This document shows positions 33,162 through 42,434 of a DNA stretch of 59,130 nucleotides, piece by piece. Position numbers and translations under genes: made by a program. The stretch comes from a virus, in the IMG/VR virus record IMGVR_UViG_3300024581_000422, positions 1 through 59,130 of that record; one strand, written 5' to 3'. How positions within the stretch are numbered: the first letter of the stretch is position 1; every line of letters starts with the position of its first letter. Below the pieces are notes generated by a model. The model was not told the origin of the DNA and ran no database searches. It was given only the letters and a program-made list of their open reading frames with translations.

Positions 33162-33177
33162 GTCTCTTTAAAGAGAC
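33162..33177. repeat. Perfect 16-bp palindrome gtctctttaaagagac (intergenic, late operon)
   Basis: Read directly. On the - strand it is followed by A8, not a T-tract. Confidence 0.9.
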
Positions 33178-33179
33178 TG

Positions 33180-34118
33180 TTATGTACACGGACCTATTGC
33201 TGTTATCACACCATTTGCATTTACAGTTATTCTCTTTCTTACACCTCCAACCTCTATTGAATAGTCATTGGCAGGAGCTCTATTGATACCATATTGGTCA
33301 AGACAGAAAAACTCATTTACTTGTGGGTCGCCTGCTGTGCCACCACGATTTGGTACATTATAGTATAATGTATTCAATCTTCCCTCTTCACATTCAAGTA
33401 GTCCATCATATATACGCCCCTGTACAGGCACTAACACAACCGGGCAGTTTATCTCTATCTCCCATATGGCATCGTCACACGGTGAGAATATCTGAGCTAA
33501 TCCTGTCTCAGGAGTAGCGGCTGTCTTAGGGAAATATAATGTACACCAATCCGGGCTTGTAGCAGTAAGCTTTACATCTGCAGATGTACCTGTAACCACA
33601 CCACTTGCCCCTACATTATCAAATACACCTGTCGATGCATTCCAATCGTACTCTTGTAGCCCACTGTATCCACCCCCATCTAATGTCACACCGATAGCAC
33701 AGTCCTCTGCTGTTAACCCAACATACGTAAAGCTATTAGGGTCTGTTGATGCCACATACCCCTGTGTCTCGCTTGTCATCTCATTGTATGTATTAGAGTC
33801 GTATAGCACCCTTAGTCCATCAGGAGATGCCAATGGATTAAAGTATATGATAACTGCACCAATATCAGTGCCAACACTGAAATCAATGTCATATACGCCC
33901 TGACTACTGTCTGTACTTATGCCCTGACTGCAAGGAAACGCACAGCTTGGACAGTCGGGAGAGCCTGCCAATAGCAGTCCACCTAACTGCTGACGTACCA
34001 CATTGCCATCACTATAGTATCCATCAGGAGACGGAGTTGTTAGCGTGCTATCTGCAAATACTGCTGTTGCTCCCGAGAGCGTAGGTGCATCTAAAAAATA
34101 ATTACCAAGTGCTGCCAT
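33180..34118 (-). CDS. Putative structural protein, Cys-containing (312 aa)
   Basis: ORF track. Confidence 0.6.
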   Translation of the reverse strand: MAALGNYFLDAPTLSGATAVFADSTLTTPSPDGYYSDGNVVRQQLGGLLLAGSPDCPSCAFPCSQGISTDSSQGVYDIDFSVGTDIGAVIIYFNPLASPDGLRVLYDSNTYNEMTSETQGYVASTDPNSFTYVGLTAEDCAIGVTLDGGGYSGLQEYDWNASTGVFDNVGASGVVTGTSADVKLTATSPDWCTLYFPKTAATPETGLAQIFSPCDDAIWEIEINCPVVLVPVQGRIYDGLLECEEGRLNTLYYNVPNRGGTAGDPQVNEFFCLDQYGINRAPANDYSIEVGGVRKRITVNANGVITAIGPCT

Positions 34119-34128
34119 ATCTTAAATT

Positions 34129-34362
34129 TTATTCTTCAATAGTTGTCCACTCAGGACCGCTTACAATAACCAACATCTCTTCTTTTGTATAAGGCGTTAG
34201 ACCTTGCGGGGCTATACTCTCCTTAAACATCATTATACCCTTGGTGTCATCCAAAGACATCCGTATGTATATGTGTTGGCTACCAAGGCTTTCAATCATA
34301 AGATTCTTATATCCATCGATGTCATCCTTTAGTACAATATAATATCTCAAATCATCTATCAT
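34129..34362 (-). CDS. Hypothetical protein (77 aa)
   Basis: ORF track. ATGA-type overlap with the 1761-aa gene. Confidence 0.55.
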   Translation of the reverse strand: MIDDLRYYIVLKDDIDGYKNLMIESLGSQHIYIRMSLDDTKGIMMFKESIAPQGLTPYTKEEMLVIVSGPEWTTIEE

Positions 34363-37300
34363 GTCGGGTAGTTTACTTCATCTAAATTAGCTGCACTCAT
34401 ATTGAATGGCGTTCCATCATTAGTTCCAATTATATCATTGACAATTGTTGTAGGGTCATCACGCTTGTCCATCGCCCAATGGCTCACAATATCAGAAGCA
34501 AAGCTTGCCGTTGTGATGTCGATAGGTAGACCACCGTTATATAACTCTGTCACCTCGGCAGCACTCAACTCTTTTCCAATTACCGAAAAATGGTTTGCGT
34601 TTCCGTCAATGTAGTCCGCACCCATAAACTTTAAGGAAGCTGAAGTATTTATCATACCCGTATATGTGCCTGCGTTTTGATTTGCATTGTCAACTTGTAC
34701 GTCATTAATGTATATCTTCATGCCGGCACTTGTTTTTGAACCGTCATATGTACACACAATATTCAACCATGTAGACAAATCTCCACCTGCCAAAGTATTA
34801 TACCTCCTCCCTATCCTGTTGGATGGATTGCTTAATAGTTCAAACAATAATACCCCACCTGACGTTAACCTTATTCTATATTCGTTTGTTTTGTTAACAA
34901 TCATACCGTTAAATGTTGAACCAAATGAGTCTAAATACACCCAAGTTGATAGACTAAAAGCTTGGTCGGTTACACCATCGCCAAAGCTCAAGTCATCAGC
35001 GTCAGGAACTTCAACAAATTGATTGATTCCGTCAAATATAAAACTTGCCTGTAGTGAACCATCACTGCACTCACAGCATACTGCAAATGTTGATGCAGCA
35101 TCATAGCATAGCTCTATCTCTGTAGGCTTTCTATAGTTATATATTAAGTATAGATACTCATCTGAACTGCTCGGCATTGTAAACTCTGCAGTGTACGTAT
35201 TAGCACCATTGGTTGGCACAACAGGCGTAGCATTGATAGATGCATTAAATAGTGCCTGCATCTGTGCAGGTGTATTTGCATAATACGTATTGGTACGCAA
35301 GTATCGTAACTCATCTGTACTCGGGTTATATACATAGTCGTCTGAGCCAATCTTGTTGCTTATAATACTTACAGTTGCACCATCTGCAGGAATAAATCCT
35401 GAGCCTTGTGGACCTGTAATCTGTGTGTATTGCGAGATAAGTGGATTAGATGTACCCGATGCTAACTCTACTTGCTCGCTGTGTAATGGCGATACATATG
35501 TGCCATCTACCCAACTGTACTCATTATGAATATACTGACCTCCATCAACATCAAGAGAGTAACATACCTGAATAATTTTTAGCTCCTGTGCAGCAGGACA
35601 GTTTACAGTAATCTCTAAGTGAGTTGTTCCCTGAGAGAATATCTGTACATTGACAATATTCTCAGATACAGTATCCTTGTCTACAATCAATGCACCTGAA
35701 GATGTCTGCTCACCTGTAGTGTCTACAACACCATTATATGTCGCCTGAACTTCAAATGCACTCTGACCATCTCCTAATACATTGTATTGGATAGATACGT
35801 CTCCTACCAAGAATCCTACATCAACACAGAACGATACACTTTCCTTGCTATCTACTACAAATGAACGTGATATACCGCACTCAATACACTCTTGAATAGA
35901 TGGAAGTAACTCTAAGTTAGAGCTAAGCACATACTCGCCCATATATGGGTCATACCCTCCAAGCTTCTGAGTATTAAAAGATTCAAGGAACAAGTCTCTA
36001 AACCAAGACCTCATCCCAATATTAGATATAACAGATAGCGACTCGCCTTGCCCTGCACCTGTAAGCATTAATACAGCACCACGCTTGGCATCTGTAAAGT
36101 ATTTGTATGGTCCCCATTTAGCAAAACTCTCGGGATGGAAGCTTATACCATACTCTTCTATACGTGCAACCTGCTGTCCTAACACCTCAGGGATTGATGC
36201 AACTTGTCCACCTCCTGTAGAATCTGTAAGAATATTCTTGCCTTGCAGTACATATGATATTTTATCTTCTTGGAATGTAAGGATGTCAGTCTCTCTCCCA
36301 TCGATAAGATATATCGGTCCGTATCTTTCCTCTAATGGCTTAAAGTTTAATAGCCCTAAGTTGAACTCATTTAACTTATTCACATTAGACTCATCATTGT
36401 ATACACCACTATACGTCAGGTCAGCATATCTCCTTACCTCCTGATAGTCTTGTGCAGATGTAGATGTCACCCTGTTACCTAACGACAGGTCTCGTTTACC
36501 AATCGCATCCATAATAACATAGCTTTCAATGCCATTACCAAATGCGTAGCAATTAAAGAAATCTGTACGTACATTTGCCTGTGAAAATGCAGGAAAGCGA
36601 TTCCCTGTATGTGTGCCTATCGGAAGTGCTGTAGTTATAATATCTATATTGTTAGGGTCTACAGGTGGAGTAGATGGGTCTGTAGTTATACTGCTACACA
36701 CACCGTAGAATGGAGATAATCCATCTGTTACAATAGTACCATCATTTGGTACTATAACAGACTGCTCTATCCCATCTATATCTATATAGTTGAACTGTAT
36801 AGGTGCAGGTTCAGGTGGATTAACTCTCAAATAAAATTGACATATACCACTCTGTGTTACAATAGGATATGACTCAGATGATTCATACCATACATCAGGA
36901 AGTGCATCCTGAGGCTCTGTCTCAAATGCAATAAAATTTGCACCTCTGTATACAACTATCTGAACTTCTAACTTTGTCTTTCTCTTTTTAGTTCCTGCCT
37001 GACCTTCTGAAGACTTTACAACAAAAGAATTTCTTCCTGTTGTTGGATGAGGCATTATAGTAGATGATATACTTCCCGGTTGACAAGACCCTATACCACT
37101 TGGATTGTATGCCGGACCTGTACAGTTATCTGTAGTAGCCAATGCTTCTAATGCTATATCTATATTCTCTCCCTCAAACCAATTCTCAAAGTTAGGATAG
37201 TCTGATGTTACAGTAAATGTATGGTCTACAAACCACTCTCTACGTGATGTATTTCCTTTGCCTTCTCTAAGGTTGTTTATATATATCCTAACTCGAGTTC

Positions 37301-39644
37301 CTTCGGGAAGTTCGTAGTCAGTATATACTCCCGGAGAGTCTTCAACATCTATCGGATACAATACATCATTACATCCCTTTCCAAATACAGACTGTACCCC
37401 GTAGTCTATGATATTATTCTCAACATTAGATACAGCAAACTCATTTGCCTTAATCTTCATGTATACACCCTGTGGCACAGTAGTGTCGGGTACGGTAATA
37501 AAGTCCTCTTGTTGAGACTGTTTTTCTAATACAGTGGCAGATACACATCTTTCTAATGTACCATTTGAATCTACTTTTACTCTTAGAATATCACCCTCGT
37601 CAATCTTCTGAGCGTTCTGACCTTCAAGTAAAAAGTAGCTATCTGATGTAATAGGGTCTGTAAAAAAGAAACGTGAGTACACATTAAAATAATTCTCTTT
37701 GTCAGGCTTGATACAGAACTTGTATCGTGTTGCCCATGCAGGTGCAATCTGTGATGATGGAATATTTACAACTATATGATTTGCTAAGTCAGATGCTGAG
37801 CATGGCACGTATACCGTGTTCTCTGTACTTACCAATGCTGTTGTGCTCCTGCCATACTCATCCATGTATATCATGCCAACCTCATAGCTCCTGTCGCTAT
37901 GCAAGCTTGTAGGTGATGCTACCTTCTGAAATGTTGCATCAGCGGATAATATCTCATAGTATTCAAATGTATAATTTGCAGGATTTGTAGGGTCATCAAA
38001 TCTCATAGCCAACAACTGAAGCCCTATGACTGTAGATGTTGGAGATGAGAATATAGCTATATCGCCTTGTACTGATGTAGGAGGTGTTATTGGAATGCCT
38101 ATATTACTTACAGTCTTATTAAGACCATCCAATGTCTGAGGTATAACACAGTTAAAATCATCAGTGAATGTAACGCCATTACACGCATTTGTTACAGGCT
38201 CTACTCCATTAAGTGATATATCCCCAATCCTGTTCCTAAAGTCTGCACTATTTGCAAGCTCATCAACACTGTTAAAGTTTTGTGTTAGCACATATTGAAG
38301 GCTTATTGTAGTATCCTGTGTGGTCTGTGTAGGCGTGACGGTGCCTGTGAAGCTGTGGTGTGTAAATTGTAATGTAAGCTCAATTGATGAGCCTGCCACC
38401 AAGTCTATACCCGCAAAGTCAATGTCTACCCGACAATTAGAGACAGGATAACCCGGGTTGCCACTGTCAACAAAATAGTCCTCCTCTAATAGTGTTTCAG
38501 TTAAACTTTCTGCCCCAATATCTTCTGAAACTAAATCTATAACGTAGTCTATGCTTGTAGGCTGACCTAATGCATCTATCAAGTCATACTGCTCTAAGTA
38601 GTTGCCATAGAAGAGTCTGCCACCCATAACAGTCTGTGCCTTAGCAAGACGAGGCACATTGTCATATAACCTAAGTATCTCAGATGATGGAAGTACAGTA
38701 TATATCTTGCTGTTGTTAAATGTATATTCATACATCGTATTATCCACAAGTCCTAACTTCTCTTTATCTAACTTTTCAATAACACGGATAATCCCATTTG
38801 TCATGTCTTTCCATAACAAATCTATCCCCACTACTAATGGACCACCTGACATATACTCTATCTTCGCCTGCTGTGCTAAGTTTAGCATACCATCATTTAG
38901 CCCTGTACCATAATTATAGTCAAATGGGCTTGGTATAAATGCAGGCGGTGAGAACTGTGATGTCGCTGAGTATTGACCATCAGCGTATCTATATCTATAT
39001 GCAAAGCATATAAATCTATCCTCAATAAAATTATTCTCAGTTGTCGTAATCTGAGGTGTTACATTGGGTGATGTCAGTGGTGGCTTCTTTATTACAAGCA
39101 ATGCCTCTGCACTTACACCATCTACCCCTGCCGATGGATTATCATAGTTCCTATCTATATTTATACATCTCGGAGGATTTATGTCATCGGTAAAAAATAA
39201 TAGCTTTTCATCCACAAGGTCCACACCTGTAATAAGATATGTAGGATTAAAGTTTAGTGTGGTATTAGAACTACCCCCATCATTAATACTAATAACGTGA
39301 TACGTCAGTGTGTTAACCTGCACATTAAATGATACGATAAGGTCTAATTTTCCTGTCGGGCTTGGTGCAAAATTAGAGTCGTGTATAAACCAATATATTG
39401 TCTCGTTTGCTCCATCTTCATATGCACCAATACATCGAGCGTCATCGCTTAGAGATGTGCCATTATACTGTAGGTCTGTTAGCTGTGTGTTCCCTTTGGT
39501 GTTTTCTAATGAACCAATATCAGAATTCTCAGTAGAACCTAACCGTATATTTAATGCATCAACATATTCTCCCGCAGGTAAAAGTCTCTCATCGATACTT
39601 TTATTCATTATCCCACGTATAAAATTTCTTTCTATATTAGCCAT
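34359..39644 (-). CDS. Large tail/nozzle-fibre protein (1761 aa) with a C-terminal LamG/concanavalin-A-like lectin domain
   Basis: C-terminal FDGINQFVEVPDADDLSFGDG..AFSLSTWVY......NIVCTYDGSKTSAGMKIYINDVQV is a Laminin_G_3-type pattern. The N-terminus is typical of large beta-rich tail proteins. Confidence 0.7.
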   Translation of the reverse strand: MANIERNFIRGIMNKSIDERLLPAGEYVDALNIRLGSTENSDIGSLENTKGNTQLTDLQYNGTSLSDDARCIGAYEDGANETIYWFIHDSNFAPSPTGKLDLIVSFNVQVNTLTYHVISINDGGSSNTTLNFNPTYLITGVDLVDEKLLFFTDDINPPRCINIDRNYDNPSAGVDGVSAEALLVIKKPPLTSPNVTPQITTTENNFIEDRFICFAYRYRYADGQYSATSQFSPPAFIPSPFDYNYGTGLNDGMLNLAQQAKIEYMSGGPLVVGIDLLWKDMTNGIIRVIEKLDKEKLGLVDNTMYEYTFNNSKIYTVLPSSEILRLYDNVPRLAKAQTVMGGRLFYGNYLEQYDLIDALGQPTSIDYVIDLVSEDIGAESLTETLLEEDYFVDSGNPGYPVSNCRVDIDFAGIDLVAGSSIELTLQFTHHSFTGTVTPTQTTQDTTISLQYVLTQNFNSVDELANSADFRNRIGDISLNGVEPVTNACNGVTFTDDFNCVIPQTLDGLNKTVSNIGIPITPPTSVQGDIAIFSSPTSTVIGLQLLAMRFDDPTNPANYTFEYYEILSADATFQKVASPTSLHSDRSYEVGMIYMDEYGRSTTALVSTENTVYVPCSASDLANHIVVNIPSSQIAPAWATRYKFCIKPDKENYFNVYSRFFFTDPITSDSYFLLEGQNAQKIDEGDILRVKVDSNGTLERCVSATVLEKQSQQEDFITVPDTTVPQGVYMKIKANEFAVSNVENNIIDYGVQSVFGKGCNDVLYPIDVEDSPGVYTDYELPEGTRVRIYINNLREGKGNTSRREWFVDHTFTVTSDYPNFENWFEGENIDIALEALATTDNCTGPAYNPSGIGSCQPGSISSTIMPHPTTGRNSFVVKSSEGQAGTKKRKTKLEVQIVVYRGANFIAFETEPQDALPDVWYESSESYPIVTQSGICQFYLRVNPPEPAPIQFNYIDIDGIEQSVIVPNDGTIVTDGLSPFYGVCSSITTDPSTPPVDPNNIDIITTALPIGTHTGNRFPAFSQANVRTDFFNCYAFGNGIESYVIMDAIGKRDLSLGNRVTSTSAQDYQEVRRYADLTYSGVYNDESNVNKLNEFNLGLLNFKPLEERYGPIYLIDGRETDILTFQEDKISYVLQGKNILTDSTGGGQVASIPEVLGQQVARIEEYGISFHPESFAKWGPYKYFTDAKRGAVLMLTGAGQGESLSVISNIGMRSWFRDLFLESFNTQKLGGYDPYMGEYVLSSNLELLPSIQECIECGISRSFVVDSKESVSFCVDVGFLVGDVSIQYNVLGDGQSAFEVQATYNGVVDTTGEQTSSGALIVDKDTVSENIVNVQIFSQGTTHLEITVNCPAAQELKIIQVCYSLDVDGGQYIHNEYSWVDGTYVSPLHSEQVELASGTSNPLISQYTQITGPQGSGFIPADGATVSIISNKIGSDDYVYNPSTDELRYLRTNTYYANTPAQMQALFNASINATPVVPTNGANTYTAEFTMPSSSDEYLYLIYNYRKPTEIELCYDAASTFAVCCECSDGSLQASFIFDGINQFVEVPDADDLSFGDGVTDQAFSLSTWVYLDSFGSTFNGMIVNKTNEYRIRLTSGGVLLFELLSNPSNRIGRRYNTLAGGDLSTWLNIVCTYDGSKTSAGMKIYINDVQVDNANQNAGTYTGMINTSASLKFMGADYIDGNANHFSVIGKELSAAEVTELYNGGLPIDITTASFASDIVSHWAMDKRDDPTTIVNDIIGTNDGTPFNMSAANLDEVNYPT

Positions 39645-39645
39645 A

Positions 39646-40569
39646 CTACTTCAGCCATTTATTTTGTCCTCTAAGATTCATTAATAACCTTCCCGGATGT
39701 ATATTGCTTATTCTTATCTTAGCATTTCTTAATAGAGAAGACTTACGTCTTCGTGCCCTTGCAATCACATACTCCTGTACGTTTAGCTTAGAACTTAATA
39801 TAGCATACTCTATCGCAGCATATATATAATCTTCAAACATTTTATTCACAGTAATCAGCGAGTTATCTCCGCCTTCCATACCATCAGACACATACTCAAG
39901 TACCACGCTTTGGTTTGCCATATCAGAGCTAAAGTTTATAACGCCACCCTTCTTGTCTATACTAAACGTAGGATTAGCATTTGCTGTCTCTGTATTTAAT
40001 CCAAATCGTGCGCCTATGTGATAATCAAAATACCACTGCCCATCGCAGTAATATCCCTCACATCCATTGAATGGATTAGCTGAGTTTAGATATATAGACT
40101 TTTTAGAGCCTTTTATTCTATCTAAATCTAAATTAGAATACTCAGGGCTTAGTGCATTGCCTTCTGCATCAAATAAAATATTACAGTCATTGTCTTGTAG
40201 ATATGCGCTACTCCAATTGGTTTGAATGTTTTCTGTTAGTGGGTATAGCATACCATCCTTATACACAGAGATTCGAACCCAATTCACATAGTCAGATGGT
40301 AACACATATCTTAGCGTGTTACATACCGTTAGCTGTAATATCTTAATCTCTTTGAATGCATCATAGTTAAGTTCCTGTATCGCACGTTTTGCATGGAACA
40401 ATACCTTAAATCGCTCCTCATTGTTTACAAGGTTGTGATTCCCTGCATACATCAACATAAAATTATTGACTATGTCCTGTAGTGATACATACTGATATGA
40501 CCCCCAATTAGCATCCTGAGGGCTATTGCCATTATTGTCGTAGTATTCATATTGTGAAATATATGCCAT
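39646..40569 (-). CDS. Putative tail/adaptor protein (307 aa)
   Basis: ORF track. Position between the head genes and the large tail protein. Confidence 0.55.
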   Translation of the reverse strand: MAYISQYEYYDNNGNSPQDANWGSYQYVSLQDIVNNFMLMYAGNHNLVNNEERFKVLFHAKRAIQELNYDAFKEIKILQLTVCNTLRYVLPSDYVNWVRISVYKDGMLYPLTENIQTNWSSAYLQDNDCNILFDAEGNALSPEYSNLDLDRIKGSKKSIYLNSANPFNGCEGYYCDGQWYFDYHIGARFGLNTETANANPTFSIDKKGGVINFSSDMANQSVVLEYVSDGMEGGDNSLITVNKMFEDYIYAAIEYAILSSKLNVQEYVIARARRRKSSLLRNAKIRISNIHPGRLLMNLRGQNKWLK

Positions 40570-40575
40570 AGTCTA

Positions 40576-41538
40576 TTATTTTTCGTCTTGGTCTTCTTTT
40601 TGTTCTAATCCCTGCCCAAACTGTACTGCCTGTACCTCTCTTATAGACATACCTGCATACTGCAATATCTTCAATACTAACGTAGGCTCATCTGAAATTG
40701 GTAACTCAAAGTCTTGAAAGTCAGGTTGAGATTGGTCAAATGAAGGCTCGCCTCCAATCAATGTGATATACGTCCACTTAGGGTCTTTAGGGTATCTTAT
40801 GTACTGACACTGAACTGCACCTATTGTATTTATACTTGCAGGGAACAGTGTTATGTTTGGCTCCTGATGTGTGTATGCCGGGAACAGTGTCGATGGTGAT
40901 GTTAGCAGTGAATTGTTTAACATAGTAATCTTACTATGAGACACCTTCTCTGCCTCACTCACTACACCGCTATCGTATATAACGTACCCTTCAGGGAACG
41001 CCTGAAATATATCTGCAGGATTACCATTGCCATCTGTCAATACAAGTGTATCTGTGCCAATAATAGACTCAACATACGCTGTCTCGTTTGTTGTTGTATT
41101 GCCTACAATGCTACCTACCTGTACACCTGCCGCAACAAAGTTAGTCGTATTGTCAACCAATGATGATACCACTACAGAGGTATTGCTGCCGCTTGCCAAC
41201 AGTCTTGTATATGCCAACACTTTATTTAGCAGATAATAGTTATCATTTGTAGTAGCGGGGCTTGGTGTAAAAAACTTATTAGATACATTATGTGATAAAA
41301 AGTTATCTACTGAAAATGCATCAATAACCTCTTCATATCCCTTTCTAATATCAGCATATCCTGTACCCGATGTCCTTGCATTCTCTTTGTTTATCTGATA
41401 GTTATACTCATAAAAATAATCTTCAAATATATCTAACTGTGCCTGCTTCGCAAACAAATTGAAATCAGATGGTGAGATGTATCCGTAATTATTTTTATTA
41501 AGTATAGATAATACTGTGTTCCTAACCGAGTTTATCAT
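40576..41538 (-). CDS. Putative head-tail adaptor/structural protein (320 aa)
   Basis: Start moved to MINSVRN (ATG 41538). The longer track ORF would run into the upstream terminator T-tract. Confidence 0.55.
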   Translation of the reverse strand: MINSVRNTVLSILNKNNYGYISPSDFNLFAKQAQLDIFEDYFYEYNYQINKENARTSGTGYADIRKGYEEVIDAFSVDNFLSHNVSNKFFTPSPATTNDNYYLLNKVLAYTRLLASGSNTSVVVSSLVDNTTNFVAAGVQVGSIVGNTTTNETAYVESIIGTDTLVLTDGNGNPADIFQAFPEGYVIYDSGVVSEAEKVSHSKITMLNNSLLTSPSTLFPAYTHQEPNITLFPASINTIGAVQCQYIRYPKDPKWTYITLIGGEPSFDQSQPDFQDFELPISDEPTLVLKILQYAGMSIREVQAVQFGQGLEQKEDQDEK

Positions 41539-41554
41539 TTTAAATACTTTGATA

Positions 41555-41562
41555 CAAAGATA
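41555..41562 (-). promoter_or_regulatory. -7 box TATCTTTG (- strand), 16 nt before ATG 41538
   Basis: Exact TAnnTTTG match, embedded in the inverted repeat tactttgatacaaagata. Confidence 0.45.
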
Positions 41563-41565
41563 CAC

Positions 41566-41598
41566 AAAAAAAAAGACCCCTTAAAAATAAGAGGTCTT
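41566..41598 (-). terminator. Rho-independent terminator
   Basis: - strand: aagacc(tc)-ttatttttaa-(gg)ggtctt followed by T9. Confidence 0.65.
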
Positions 41599-41618
41599 GT
41601 CTTTGTAATAGTATAATA

Positions 41619-42356
41619 CTATAATTGTTTTTCTAAGAATGCCAATATCTCTACTCCATCATCAGACTGAAACCAATCAGCAAGATACTGATACGGGTCT
41701 ACTCCAAATGGGATAGTAGTCAATCGCTTCTTGTTGTTCTCTAAATTAAAATATACCTCTCGCTTCTTGTTTCTAAATGCGATAAGCTTATTGTCAAAAA
41801 ACTGTTGTACAGTTGACTGCAATTTTAACTTAGGGTCAGATATTATATTTAAGAATGTTGTAGGATTCTGTCTTGCAAATATCAATACATCTCTCTTTAA
41901 TTCAGCAGTTGTTATCTTAGATACATCCTTATTGAATAATACACGAGCAATATTCTCAATCTGCTCTATGCTAAGAGATTTAGCCTGAATCAATGCATCA
42001 ACCTCTGTATTAAGCTGTTCTACTTCAGTTTCAGCATCTTTGCCATAGTCAACTTCTACAAACTTCTTTCCATTCAATGGATGATAGTGTAAAAACTCTT
42101 GTAGTATAGGATTGGTCTTAGGTACCCTAAGCATACCATCTTCAAATATAATAGGAGTGACAACGACATTGCCATCTTGTTCATCTTCAAAGCAACTCTT
42201 TTGATTTATAGAATATCGCAATGCTCTATTAACTCCTTGCTCTTTATCAAAGTATAGAAGTGCTGCATTACGAGAGCTTCTTGATGGGATAATGCAGGAC
42301 AGTGGTGCCCTGTTTCTTGTGAGTTTATATACTCTGTCTTTTAATTCTGATTTCAT
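41619..42356 (-). CDS. Hypothetical structural-module protein (245 aa)
   Basis: ORF track. Bracketed by two terminators downstream of the capsid gene. Confidence 0.6.
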   Translation of the reverse strand: MKSELKDRVYKLTRNRAPLSCIIPSRSSRNAALLYFDKEQGVNRALRYSINQKSCFEDEQDGNVVVTPIIFEDGMLRVPKTNPILQEFLHYHPLNGKKFVEVDYGKDAETEVEQLNTEVDALIQAKSLSIEQIENIARVLFNKDVSKITTAELKRDVLIFARQNPTTFLNIISDPKLKLQSTVQQFFDNKLIAFRNKKREVYFNLENNKKRLTTIPFGVDPYQYLADWFQSDDGVEILAFLEKQL

Positions 42357-42382
42357 TTTAATTTGATTTTAATTTAAAAAAT

Positions 42383-42418
42383 ATAAAAAGGTTTGGGAGT
42401 GCCACGCATGACACTCCC
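42383..42418 (-). terminator. GC-rich hairpin terminator after the major capsid gene
   Basis: - strand GGGAGTG-tcatgcgtgg-CACTCCC, then aaaccTTTTTataTTTTTT. Confidence 0.5.
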
Positions 42419-42434
42419 GTCCCTTATTTCAATA

